This document shows, one piece after another, positions 24,821 through 37,032 of a DNA stretch of 64,000 bases (position 1 is the first letter of the stretch; each line of letters begins with the position of its first letter). The stretch is taken from the NCBI RefSeq assembly GCF_018350175.1, contig NC_058383.1:23376001-23440000 (forward strand), in the 5' to 3' direction. Below the pieces are notes generated by a model that had not been told where the DNA came from, did not search any database, and saw nothing but the letters and a program-made list of their open reading frames with translations. Both the position numbers and the translations under genes were made by a program. Origin of the DNA: Felis catus (taxonomy: Eukaryota).

Positions 24821-26689
24821 TAGGAAAAAGCAGAGGGAGAGATTAACTGGTTGAAAATTATCAGTGAAAATCCTCAAATTCTCAAAAGGAAGCAAACAGA
24901 GCCAAGGATAAGGACCTGGGATAGAGCGAAAGGTACAGCTTTTGACAGCTGGATCCCCCAAGGTTGCTGGGGAAACTGTGGTGTAATTTCTTGCATGTTT
25001 AAAAAATAAAAATGAAAATGCAGTGGATTTCCTGCCTACTTCACAGCAAAGCAACATGATCAAACTCCTTGCTGTCGAGTGGCATGAACTCTCTAGAGGA
25101 AGGTATTACCTAAACAAAAGTTATTTTTTAATCTTTTGATAGGCAGAGAAGGTAAAAGACTTTCTTTGAAATTAATTACAGGGTCAGAACTGGCCCTGTT
25201 TCCAAGTCCCTCTTTGGCCTTATAAAAATGGAAGTCAGATTTCCCAGCAGGGCAGGAAAAAGAAATGTTTCTTTAGCAGGGGGCTGCGGGCCCTTCTCTT
25301 TCAGCCTCCTTTGGGCAAGAATCCCAGGTACTCAGACCTCCATTTAGAAAGCCTCAATGGGGAAATAATAATAATAATGTGTTCCCGTTCCTACAAGATT
25401 TTCAAGTGTCACTCAGGTATTAACTAATTAATTCTCTCAAGTCAGCAGAGAAAATCGTTTCCAAAGGTTTCTGAGCACTCTTGAAATGTAAATGAAGTCT
25501 CAACCCAGACCATCCCTTCCATGCTTAGAGAATTCCAATAGCTATCTGCAGACCTGGAATAGAAGCGAGATCTACCTAGGTCTCATCTTAGATGCGCCCT
25601 TCCCAGAGAGGGCTCCTTGATCGGTCTCTCCAGCACACTTCTGTGTCTCTTATTTCCCACATAACATTTATCACCAAGTTAAATTGCCTTAGTCATCGGT
25701 TTACTAGTTTATTGGTTGACCTGCTTCTTTAACCCAGCTAGAACGTAAGCATCAAGAGGATGTTCCGTTTGTTGCTGTGTTTCCAGCACCTTTCACTGTG
25801 CGTTGGCACATAGTAGGTACTCAGTAATTTTTTGGTGAAAAACTAAATGAAGGTAAGAGCAATTTGATTTTTTTCCCTATGTCCAGATGTAGAGTAATAA
25901 ATGCCATTTTATGAATAGAATGCCCATCTCTAAGATGCCTGAAACTCTTAGAGACACTATGCCAGTGTGGATCCTGTCCCCAGGCCTTCTTCCTTTGCCT
26001 TGAGTAAAGACTCAGAATGTCCTCATGATGTCAAATCCATGCCCTCTGAGGATGAACTGGTGTGCCCAAAGACGACACATTCTCAGCGTGGCCCCCAGTA
26101 CGTAGTCTGCTTTGGAGGTTGTGGTTATGAGCCCATTTGACAGCATAGAAAGCTGAGGACATGAGATCGTGGGCTGCCTGGCTTTCGGAGCTAGGGCCTT
26201 GGAGGTCTGTTCCGACACCTTGACGAGGAGGACCCAAGGGTGAGAGGAGAAGGCGCTCACAAAAAGACAAACCCCTAGTGAGCCAGGATTCGGACCAAGG
26301 ACCAAGGATTAGAGGGCTGGACCAAGAGAGGTCCCAGGAAAGGAGACCTAACAGCTACTGAGCACCTAACTATGTGCTGTGCACCGAGCTAAACACTGCA
26401 CAGCCTTAGCCTTGCTTAATCCTCCCAACATGCAGGCGAGGCATTGTTGTGCCCGTTTCACAAACGAATAAGCCAATGCTCAGACAGTTTGTGTGCCTTT
26501 GTTCCGGGCCACCGAGGTGTCAAGGTAAAGAGACCACATTTGAATTCAAGTCTATCAAACCTCAAATATTGTGATTTCAACTCCCACATCTCCTCCCTCT
26601 CTGGGGGAGATCACTCATTCTTCTAAAGGTAGTGTGGGCCAAAGTTTCTCATAAAAGCAAACATATTTCCGACAATAATATTGAATGTG

Positions 26690-26912
26690 GGGGTGCCTGG
26701 GTGGTTCAGTTGGTTAAGCGTGGGACTTTGGTTCGGGTCACGATCTCACAGTTCGTGAGTTCGAGCCCCGCGTCGGGCTCTGTGCCGACAGCTCAGAGCC
26801 TGGAGCCCGCTTCGGATTCGGTGTCTCCCTCTCTCTCTGCCCCTCCCCCGCTCATGCTCTATCTCTTTCTCTCTCAAAAATAAACAAACATTTTAAAAAA
26901 TTGTTTAAAAAA
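26690..26912 (+). mobile_element. Felid Can-SINE
   Basis: TSD aatattgaatg at 26677-26687 and 26913-26923. Confidence 0.95.
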
Positions 26913-26984
26913 AATATTGAATGCGATTGCTTTCTTACCTCAATTCCCGCAACGGCGCTGGGAAGTTGAGGTGGGCTGGAGCAA

Positions 26985-27205
26985 GGATGCCTGGATTTAC
27001 GTTACAGCCCTTACAAGCTAGGTGAGTTTAGTCAGGCATTACCTTTCTGTGCCTCGGTTTCCTCATCAGCAAAATGAGGGCAGCAACATCTACCTCGTAA
27101 GTGCACTGTAAGGATTAAGTTAGTTATCACACATAAAGTGCTTAGAGCCAAGCCTGGCATGTAGGAAGCACCAATAAATGCTATCTGCTTTTACTCATTA
27201 TCACC
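26985..27205 (+). mobile_element. MIR
   Basis: ctgtgcctcggtttcctcatcagcaaaatgagg...aaagtgcttagagccaagcctggcatgtaggaagcaccaataaatg. Confidence 0.8.
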
Positions 27206-27581
27206 ACACAGAGAAAGGAACCGAGGCTCTGAGGGGTGAGCACAAGGTCTGCTTGTGGGTGACCCGCAGGAACCCCAAATGGAGTTCCGCACAGTCACTC
27301 CTCCCGCTCCCCGCCTGGATTCTGCATAGCTGCTCAAATGAGACACATCAAACACCCCCTCTTCCGCCTCCTCACCCCCTACATTCAAGTGGTAGTGTCC
27401 TTTGAATCCACAACCCCCATCCCCACTCCCTCTGCCCAGTTCACATTCTCAACTCGGACGGACCCGTAGAGTCTTATGGTAATTTCCTAATCGGCTCCCT
27501 AATGCCAGCCAGCCCTTCCCCAACACAGCTGCTACTGCACTCTCCCTAGAAAAGAGAGCTGGTCCAGGGGGCAGCCGTGTC

Positions 27582-28008
27582 CTGTTGGCCAAAGATCTGT
27601 TCATGCCCTTCTCCACCAAGCTGTGTTTCTCACACTCCCTTGCCAGCTGATTTCTGGTCAGTTCTGGTCAATGGGAAGCATTGGTGGGATATCTGGGTTG
27701 AGAAAGAAAGAAGTCAGCCTCAGGCAGGGACTGGTGGCTTCTGCACCTCTCCCATGGCCTGAGCTTAGCTGGACAGCCTCCAACATGGACCTACATCCCA
27801 CAGCACAGCCCCAACTTCTGGATTCTGGTAACAGCACCCCCTCCTTGTGCCCCACCCCCAGTCCAAAGGGAAGTGCTGGCTAGCTGCTGTTGGTAACTGG
27901 TGAGCTGCTATCCCATCCCTCAGTTGCTTTCTCAGCTCTTAAACAACTTTTGTTTGAAGTATCTAGAAAAGTTTATGCCGTTCTGGTTGGACCTTGACCA
28001 ATTGATAC
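27582..28008 (+). mobile_element. LTR33-like ERVL solo LTR
   Basis: gctgatttctggtcagttctggtcaatgggaagcattggtgg; ends ttctggttggaccttgac. Confidence 0.6.
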
Positions 28009-28425
28009 TTTCTATCAACCCCCTTCTTAAATAACCTTCCAGAATCTTTTCTCCATGATAAAGTTCAAAAACTTTGGAATGTCCTTCAGAACTTGAAAGT
28101 CTGGAAGCAAGTCACATTTGCAAACGCATCTTCCTCCAAGCACATTAGGTTCCTTCCACCTGAAATTTCTCTGTTCCCCTAGACAATGTTCATTCTCAAG
28201 TCCGATCCTTGGGCTGTGGCCTTTCCTCCCACTGACATGCCCTTCTTTGCCCGGCATATGCTGTTCACATATCCCTACAGCTCATTCTCCATCCAGTGGT
28301 CAGGGTGACCCATTCATTCAACTGATACGTAACTGACATATAACATTATATTTGTTTTATGTGTACAGTGTAATGATCTGATATATGGATATAATGCAAA
28401 TGATCACCACAGTAAGTTTAGTTCA

Positions 28426-28595
28426 GATGTAGCAGACTCTTGGTTTTTGGCTCAGGTCATGATCTCAGAGTTCTTCGGATCGAGCCCTGCTGTCAGCATG
28501 GAGCCTGCCTGGGATTCTCCCTCTCCATCTCTACCCCTCCTCCACTTGTGCTCTCCCTCTTTTTCTCTCAAAATAAATAAATAAACTTAAAATAA
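28426..28595 (+). mobile_element. 5'-truncated Can-SINE
   Basis: gactcttggtttttggctcaggtcatgatctc...ctctcaaaataaataaataaac. Confidence 0.85.
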
Positions 28596-29001
28596 AACAT
28601 CTATCACAAGTAACATGTAGTTACATTTTTTTCTTGTGATAAGACCTTTTATTGTCTACTCTCTTAGCAACTTTCAAATAAACAACACAGTATTGTTAAC
28701 TATAGTCATCATGCTGTACGGTATATCCATAGGACTTATTCATCTTATAACTCCAAGTTTGTACCTTTTAACCACCTTCCTCCATTTTATCCACTCCTAC
28801 CCCTACCCCTGTATCTATGAGTCTGTTTTTCTGTTTTCTTTTTCCTCTTTGCTTTGTTTTTTTAGATTACACATATAAGTGAGGTTATAATTTGTCTTTC
28901 TCTGTCTGACTTATTTCACTTTGCATAAGGCACTCAAGGTCCATCCATGTTGTTGCAAATGACAGGATTTCCTTCTTTTTTATACCTGAATAATATTCTT
29001 C

Positions 29002-29018
29002 TGTGCACACACGTGCGC

Positions 29019-29063
<45 letters not shown>
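29002..29063. repeat. (CA)n microsatellite within L1
   Basis: Directly visible. Confidence 0.95.
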
Positions 29064-29064
<1 letters not shown>

Positions 29065-29714
29065 CACCTTATCCGTTCAACTGCTGATGGACACTTAGGT
29101 TGTTTCCATGTCTTGGCTCTTGTAAATTATGCCGCAATGAACACGGGGGTGCAGATACCTTTTCAAGATAATGATTCTGTTTTCTTCAGACAAATAAATA
29201 CCTATCCCATATGCTGGATCATATGACACTTCTGTTTTTAGGTTTTTGAGGACCCTCCATACTGTTTTCCACAGAGTGACACTTTTAAACTCAGATCATG
29301 TTACGCCCCTTCTTCAAACTCTCCACCACTTCCAAATAAGATCCAAAATCTGTGCCAAGATTTAAAGGACCCTGCATGATCTGACCTCCTCTCCTACCAC
29401 CCACCCCCTGGCCCGCTCTGCCCCAGCCACACTGGCCTCCTTGCTGTTCTGTGAGCAAACTGAGCTGATTCCTCCTAAGGCCACCGCACCTTTTGCTCTC
29501 TCTGCTTGGGAGATCCGTCCCTGGCTCCCTCCTTCTTGCCACTCAGGTCTCAGCGCAAACATCCCCTCTTCAGAGCAGCCTTCCGCTGACCACCCAGTCC
29601 AGTGTTGCTGCTCCAGCATCTGTTAGTGAATCCCTCCAGGCCTAGTTCAACACCAACCAACAGTGTCCACACAACACCTTGCATCTGTCATCACTGTCAC
29701 CGTCACCACTAAGA

Positions 29715-29890
29715 CTTACTGAGCATTGCACTTACTATGCATGAGACACTTTCTAAGAGCTTTACATGTATTATCTCATTAAATTCTCACAACCCTATGA
29801 CTGGTACTATTGTCATCTCCACTTCACAGAAGGGGAAACTGAGGCACAGAGCGGCCAGCAAAGTATCCATGGCCACTCAGCTGGTGATTA
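29715..29890 (-). mobile_element. MIR
   Basis: ctttacatgtattatctcatt...cacagaaggggaaactgaggcacagag. Confidence 0.8.
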
Positions 29891-31921
29891 CCAAACCCCT
29901 AGGATTGTAAACACCACAAGGAAGAGAACATGACTTCATTCCTTCCCTCCCAAGTATTTACTGAGCTAAGTAAGCTAAGCACAGGGAACACAGTGGCAAA
30001 AAAGACAGAATGGCCTTTGTTCACATGGAACTGAGGTTCCAGGCAGGGGACACACAGTAAGCCAGAGTTACATTACTTAAATTACACTTGAGCTAGGTGC
30101 TGGGAGGAAGAAGTACAGGCCACCAAGGGAAGGAAGTGCAAGGTCCTGGAGTCTTGGGAATGCTTTCCTGAGGAGGAGGCCCGGATGGCACAGGAGAAAG
30201 GACAGAGCTTCCCAAGCAAAGAGAAACTCTCCACGCAAAAGTCCTGGGAGAAAGGAACTAGGTGCTTGGAGGAACTCGGAGTTGGTGAATGGGTAGGAGA
30301 GAGAAGGCTGGAGGGAAAGTCATGGGTGACCACAGGTGAGTCAGGAGCTCAGTCATCTTGTACCCACACCCCTCCCAACTCTGCCACAGGCAGGACACAG
30401 TGAACACCCACAGTGGTCTGTATTGTTGCCGCTGTTTTAAGTGAATGAATGAACAATGGAAAGAATGAAGAAAAGGTTCTGTGTGTTCTGGCTGCCAGCA
30501 GCTGCGTTACCTACTAGCTTTCCAAGTCGGAAATATTTAAAAGAGAAAAAGACAGTTACTTTAGACTTGGTGAAGAAAAATCCCACCAGGGAGAAATTAG
30601 ATTTTAAAACAAAAGAAACTGGTCTCTTTGCACTGCGAAGGGCTTATACTTTCATTTATTGGTGTTTGGACAGTTGTTATTAAAACCATAGGAAAGGCTA
30701 ACATGAATCTATCACCATGGATTTTTTTTTTTTTTTTTTTTACTTTTTATAGTGAACCTGAGCTCAAGAGATTGATGTTCATTGCAAGCAGGAGTCTATG
30801 GTTTGGGGGAATCTTTTATTTATAGTTATATGGTATTCGAAATAGGTTATGTGATTGACAGGATAGTCATTTAAGGAAGTAACTGCACAGGCCCTGGAGA
30901 ACAGACCAAATCTGTATGGTTTGGGACCCAGAGACCTATGGGGCTTAAGTGGGACAGCACGGCTCCCTGTGTATTTCTGGGCTGGAGATGCAGGAAGAAG
31001 CCCATGTAGCCAGTAACCACCCCCCCCCCCCCCCCCACCAAAAACCAGGACGGACACAGAGAATCCACACCAGCTACTGGCCAATTCCTCTCATCACACA
31101 TCCCTACCGTCCTCAGGGCTATTCTGTGACCTGTACTCCCATGTATGGAAAGGAGAAGGACCATAAATGCAAATGTAATGCTAAGACAAATAATAATAGC
31201 TGACATTTAGCGACCACTTTCCAGGGAGCTGAACCTGGCTACGTGTTAGAGTGTTCACAGCCACCCCATAGGCAACTGCTCATTCTTACCCCCGTTTCGT
31301 GCACGTGAGCAAGCCGAGGTACCATGAGGTGAACTGATACACACAACTGCTAAGTGGAAGGTCTGGGATTCTGGAATCCATCTAGTTTCAGCAGAGAGAA
31401 CAGAGAGAAATGAATGGGGGCAATAATCAAACATTGCAGAAGAAAATTTCCCAAACGTGAATTCAGACCTGTGCCTTGGGCTTGAAAGGGCGCGCTGACC
31501 CATAAGTAACATAAATTGTAAGAGTGGGTTTTCAGAAGATGCTGTGAGGTTTAATGACTGTATACATATAAAAAGCCTAGAACCGTGGCTAGAACATAAC
31601 AGGCCCATATGTGTACGTGTTTGATAGTATTACTTTTGTGAGATCAGAATCGCCTCATTATGTAAGTCTGATAAAGAAAACATTAAAAAATGAAAGCAAT
31701 GCACAAATTCACTTATAAATGCAGACACACAATTTTAAATAAGTGGTGAGAAAATTAAATCCATAAGTTCATCCAAAGAATAATACAACCCATTTAATAG
31801 GAACACAACCATGGCTTAAGAAGATCACGGTATCTCTCACTGTAATCCACTATATCAGTCAGTTAGAGGGGAAATTTCCTATGTTGTATGGTTGTAAGAT
31901 AAATCTACAAAATCAGGAGTT

Positions 31922-31966
31922 TTTGCTCTTACACACTCTCTCTCAAAAATAAATCAACATTCTTTA
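31922..31966 (+). mobile_element. Extremely 5'-truncated Can-SINE (tail only)
   Basis: ctctctctcaaaaataaatcaacatt flanked by aaaatca(g/a)gagtt at 31909-31921 and 31967-31979. Confidence 0.7.
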
Positions 31967-32958
31967 AAAATCAAGAGTTATTTACAACACTAATAACTGC
32001 CCAATATTGCTTTTAATAATAATTAAACTTAGAAAAGTGGGTTTGGGCAACATGAGAGGACCCCGGAATGCTAGTCTGATAAATCCACTATTTACTAAGT
32101 ACACAGTGGAAAAAAGTTAAACCAGAAAATAGCATAAATGGGTCTATTTTTGTGGAGATGGGTAGCCGTAGGGTTACTGAAGGCAGAAGACTTTCAAGAA
32201 ATTACTGAATCAGTCCAGTCAACAGGCCATGAGGAACTGAGCTGGGGCAGGGGTCTTTCCAGAGGAATCATTATTAGTAACACTTAAATAAATCAATAGA
32301 ATTTGGTAACTAAAGAGCAGACTGGGGAGAAGGTTATACTGCCAGGGCCATGTAGTTAAGGGCAAAGGAGATAATTCGGGAAAGCTGACACTGAGTTTAG
32401 TCAAACTGATTTTGAAATACCTCCAGAACAACCAAGAGGTAAGAAATACAGTAGATCGGAAGCTTCAAATAAAAAGTAAGGACTAAAACATGAATAGAGA
32501 AATCATTCATGGAGGGCTGACAGTTGGAGCCACAGGGGTAAACGAGGTCATGGAGGGTTGCTGGTTGGAGCCACAGGAGTAAACGAGGTCAGCTCAGGGA
32601 GATGGTGCAGCCTCCGAGGAGAGTCAGTGCTTTAGGAAATGCTGACATTTAAGGGATGGAATGAGGACACAGAGTCAGTATGAAGCCTGGGTAGTTGTGG
32701 GAGAGCCAGGAGTGTGCAGAGCCACATAAGCCAGGGAAGCGCTCCAGAAAGGACTGCGGTAGCTGGCAGTCTGGAATGCCAAAGAAGGGTCACGTTGGAA
32801 GGACATTTAGCAATGTGGCCTCCGAGCCTCTGGGGAAAACAAGGTCAGTGAAGCGTGGGGGTTGAAAGGAAGCTTCGCGCAAATCTGCTTGCTAAGCAGA
32901 GATAAGGAGTGGGCAGACCAAAAAGTCTAAACTACTTTTTCAATAAAAGTGAGTCAGA

Positions 32959-33163
32959 GGGGCACCTGGATGGCTCAGTTAAGCGTCCGACTCTTGATTT
33001 CGACTCAGGTCACGATCTCACAGTTCATGGGTTCAAGCCCCACATCGGGCTCTGAGCTGACAGCATGGAGCCTGCTTGAGATTCTTTCTTCCTCTCTCTG
33101 CCCCTTCCCCACTTGCTCTTTCTCTCTCAAAATAAATAAATAAGCAACAAAAAAAAATTTTTT
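32959..33163 (+). mobile_element. Can-SINE
   Basis: Full body; aagtgagtc on both flanks. Confidence 0.9.
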
Positions 33164-33861
33164 AAGTGAGTCTGTGCTTTGCTGGGTGCTTAGTCTAACA
33201 ATGGATTCAGATCCCAACTCTCTGAGCTTGATTTTCCTTTTTTGTAAAATAGAGGTAACACCAGTACCAATTCGTAGGAGTCATGATCATCGAGATCATT
33301 CATTTCAGGGGTTTCCATGGCAACCAACCCATAGTAAGTGATCAGGAAGTACTGGGTATTATTACTAGTTCAGTAAAATCAATGACAAGACCATCAGCTG
33401 AGAAAAGGCAGGAAGCAAGGGGAGAAATCAGAAAGAGGTATCATGTCCATTCAGGTAGACGTCTCATAGCTTCAAAAACAAAACAAACAATAACAACAAA
33501 ATGAGCAGGAGGCCACAAGGGGTTGGTTGAAGCCAGCTGAGATGAACTTGTGATGAATCACCCACACTGTCAGCACCCACACTCAGCAACAGGATGGGAG
33601 AGGAACAAATGGACGGTTGGGAACATTCTGGTCTGGGGATAGCAAGGGTGAAAACAGTCTGGTGTGGGAAAGGGGCAGGATCTGAGCAAAGTAGAGAGAT
33701 CCCGCTAGACTTAGAGGAGAGGCCAGGGTTGTGGGAGCGAGAGTCAGATGAGGGCAAAGATCAAGCTAATGGTCATGAGGAAGGGAAAAAAAGTCTAAAA
33801 ATGAGTACCTTGAGAGGGCGAGATTCAGCGACCTGGGCATCTCACGAGCCGTTTCCTAATT

Positions 33862-34187
33862 CTTTTTTTTTTTTTTTACTTTTATTTATTTATTTTGTGA
33901 GAGAGAGAAAGATAGAGGGTGAGAGTGGGAGAGGGGCTGAGAGAGAGGGAGTGAGAGAATCCCAAACAGGCTCCATGCTCAGCACAGAGCCCGACATGGG
34001 GCTCAATCCCACAACGGTGAGATCATGACCTGAGCTGAAACCAGGAGTCGGTAGCTTAACCAACTGAGCCACCCAGGTGCTCCTCTTTTTTTTTTTTTTT
34101 AAGTAGGCTCTATGCCCAACTTAGGACTTGAACTCACCACCCTGAGATCAAAAGTCACATTCTCTACTGAGCCAGCCAGGCATCCCT
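33862..34187 (-). mobile_element. Two tandem Can-SINEs (long 33862-34083, short 34087-34187)
   Basis: Two heads (gagccacccaggtgc; gagccagccaggcatccc), each preceded on the + strand by a T tract. Confidence 0.88.
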
Positions 34188-34474
34188 GTTTTCCTTCTAT
34201 TTCTGTCGTTCATTCTATTTCTCCTCTGTTCAATCTCTTACCTATGTTGCTCTGGTATATTCAATAACATTTCCAAGTAAGAACACTAATTGCAGCAAAC
34301 CTTTTCAGAGCTAGGGTGGTACTGTTCAACCACAGTTGCCATAATAATTCTGTGGATCAGAAAGCCTTTGATGCCCATTCCTATTACTAATTTGTTCAAG
34401 GTAAGTGGTGGGACTGGATTTAAACCTGGGTGCAACTGGGCAAGTAACTGTGGCACAAGTAGCAACTTGCGCAT

Positions 34475-35147
34475 TAGGTAGATAGCCTCTAAGAAGGCTC
34501 CAGTGGTCCCTGCCTCCTGGTCCCTCCCTTGGGCAAGTCCCTCCCCTTGGGTGTGGGCTGTGTTTTGTGGCTGGCTGCTAGCAGCAGAGGTGAGGAGAGG
34601 TCCCTTCTGGGATTAGGTTACAAAGAGGCAGGGTCTTCCCTCTGGAGTGCTCTCTCACACTCTTTTTTTTTTTTTTTTTTTATGAAATTTATTGACAAAT
34701 TGGTTTCCATACAACACCCAGTGCTCATCCCAAAAGGTGCCCTCCTCAATACCCATCTCTCACACTCTTGAGGTAAGCCAGCTGCCATGTTGTGAGCTGT
34801 TCAATGAGAGACCCATGTCACAAAGAACTGAGGAAGTTCTTCGGCCAACAGTCAGCAAGAAAGAGAGACCCTCTGTTCCAACAGCCCCCAAATAACAGAA
34901 TCCTGCCAAAAACCATATGAGTGAGCTTAGAAACAGACACTTCCCAGGTGGGCGTTCACACACACAAGACTACAGCCCCAGCCTGCTCTGACTGCAACCA
35001 TGTGAGAGATCTTGAGCCAGAGGCACTCAGCTAAGCCATGTCCGGATTCCTGATCCACTGGAAATGGAGGTAATGAGTGGACATAATATTGTTTGGAGCT
35101 GCTACGTTTTGGGGTAAGTTATTGTGCTGTAATAGATAACTAGCACA
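34475..35147 (+). mobile_element. MLT1F/H-like MaLR solo LTR (interrupted by a tiny L1)
   Basis: gtagatagcctctaagaaggctc...cccttgggtgtgggctg start; ends aatagataactagcaca. Confidence 0.8.
34665..34755 (-). mobile_element. About 90-bp 5'-truncated felid L1 3' end
   Basis: Poly-T plus caaattggtttccatacaacacccagtgc; TSD tctctcacactctt at 34651-34664 and 34756-34769. Confidence 0.9.
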
Positions 35148-35419
35148 AGCATCTACTTCATGCTTGACACTCCCTAAATGTTGGGAATATGGGACTACAT
35201 AAAACTCAGTCTCTGGCATCTGAGAACTGAGGCAGGAAAGAAAGATATGAATAAGTGATTCCAGGAGAACATGGCCCAGGCATGGGGGTGGGAGGACTAA
35301 CGGTCAATTCTAAAGGGGGAAACCAGAAAATGTTCACAGGGGAGGTGAAGCTTGATTTGGATCTTGAAGGATGAATCAAAGTTAGCCGGATGTGCAAGGT
35401 AGGGAATGGCTGGTTTTAT

Positions 35420-36327
35420 TTTTTTGTTTTATTTTTATTTTTTGCTATAATCATTTATTTATTTATTTTTCTTTTTTTTTTATTTTTAAAATTTTTTTTT
35501 CAACGTTTATTTATTTTTGGGGGGACAGAGAGAGACAGAGCATGAATGGGGGAGGGGCATAGAGAGAGGGAGACACAGAATCGCAAACAGGCTCCAGGCT
35601 CTGAGCCATCAGCCCAGAGCCTGACGCGGGGCTTGAACTCACGGACCGCGAGATCGTGACCTGGCTGAAGTCGGACGTTTAACCGACTGCGCCACCCAGG
35701 CGCCCCTATTTATTTATTTTTCAATATATGAAGTTTACTGTCAAATTGGTTTCCATACAACACCCAGTGCTCATCCCAAAAGGTGCCCTCCTCAATACCC
35801 ATCACCCACCCCCACCCCCACCCCCCATCAACCCTCAGTTTGTTCTCAGTTTTTAAGAGTCTCTCATGCTTTGGCTCTCTTCCACTCTAACCTCTTTTTT
35901 TTTTCCTTCCCCTCCCCCATGGGTTTCTGTTAAGTTTCTCAGGATCCACATAAGAGTGAAACCATATGGTATCTGTCTTTCTCTGTATGGCTTATTTCAC
36001 TTAGCATCACACTCTCCAGTTCCATCCACGTTGCTACAAAGGGCCATATTTCATTCTTTCTCATTGCCACATAGTACTCCATTGTGTATATAAACCACAA
36101 TTTCGTTATCCACTCATCAGTTGATGGACATTTAGGATCTTTCCATAATTTGGCTATTGTTGAAAGTGCTGCCATGAACATTGGGGTACAAGTGCCCCTA
36201 TGCATCAGTACTTCTGTATCCCTTGGGTAAATTCCTAGCAGTGCTATTACTGGGTCATAGGGTAGGTCTATTTTTAATTTTTTGAGGAGCCTCCACACTG
36301 TTTTCCATAGTGGCTGCACCAATTTGC
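35420..36327 (-). mobile_element. Young felid L1, 5'-truncated, inserted in L2
   Basis: ORF 35939..36478 is an uninterrupted ORF2 C-terminus (KLVQPLWKTVWRLLKKLKIDLPYDP...); TSD agggaatggctggttttat at 35401-35419 and 36328-36346. Confidence 0.95.
35472..35706 (-). mobile_element. Young felid Can-SINE inserted in the L1 tail
   Basis: TSD tatttatttatttttc at 35456-35471 and 35707-35722. Confidence 0.95.
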
Positions 36328-36718
36328 AGGGAATGGCTGGTTTTATGCAGAGGGAACAGATATGTGCCAAAGTAAAGAAGATGGAACAGCAATCGATTGC
36401 TTGTGGCTGTGTGTGGCTGGCATTAGAAACAACCATATAATGGAACATCTTGTGTGTGAAAACTTCCAAGCATTCCAAAGATGGTCATGCACAATACCTA
36501 CTTAATTTGTTCAAGAACGTGGGCTACTCTGAAGTCATTTTTAGGTCAGAGGTCACAAATTTACATCCCATGGGGAATATGGCCTGCACACACACCTGTC
36601 TGACCCTCCAAGTTATGTTATTACTTCCAATTAGTTGTTAATGTTTGACAGATAAGAGGTTTCAGAAAAACATCCAGATGTCCAGCTTTGATTAAAATAG
36701 CAGAAGATATAAATCAAT

Positions 36719-36842
36719 GGAAGGAGGAAGGAAGGAAGGAAGGAAGGAAGGAAGGAAGGAAGGAAGGAAGGAAGGAAGGAAGGAAGGAAGGAAGGAAGGG
36801 AGGGAGGGAGGGAGGGAGGGAGGGAGGGAGGGAGGGAGGGAG
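36719..36842. repeat. (GGAA)n(GGGA)n polypurine microsatellite
   Basis: Directly visible. Confidence 0.95.
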
Positions 36843-37032
36843 GGGCACCTGGGTGGCTCGGTTGGTTTGCATCTCTTGATTTCAGCTCAGGTGGTGAGGC
36901 CAGGGCCATGGGATGGAGCCCTGTGTTGGGTTCTGCACTGAGTGTGGAGCCTGCCTGAGAGTTTCTCTCTCCCTCTGCCCCTCTCCCCCACTTGCATTCC
37001 CTCTCTCTCTAAAATTAAAAAAAAAAAAAAAA
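36842..37032 (+). mobile_element. Can-SINE
   Basis: ggggcacctgggtggctc head through A tail. Confidence 0.9.

Larger units (their letters stand above)
28325..29275 (-). mobile_element. Carnivore/L1MA-type L1 3' portion
   Basis: ORF 28885..29067 EYYSGIKKKEILSFATTWMDLE is the ORF2 C-terminus; SINE inserted at about 28426-28595. Confidence 0.9.

Noticed and set aside
35939..36478. 179-aa ORF with clear protein similarity
   Set aside because: It is the L1 ORF2 C-terminus of a 5'-truncated insertion, with an N-terminus read from flanking DNA; not a host gene
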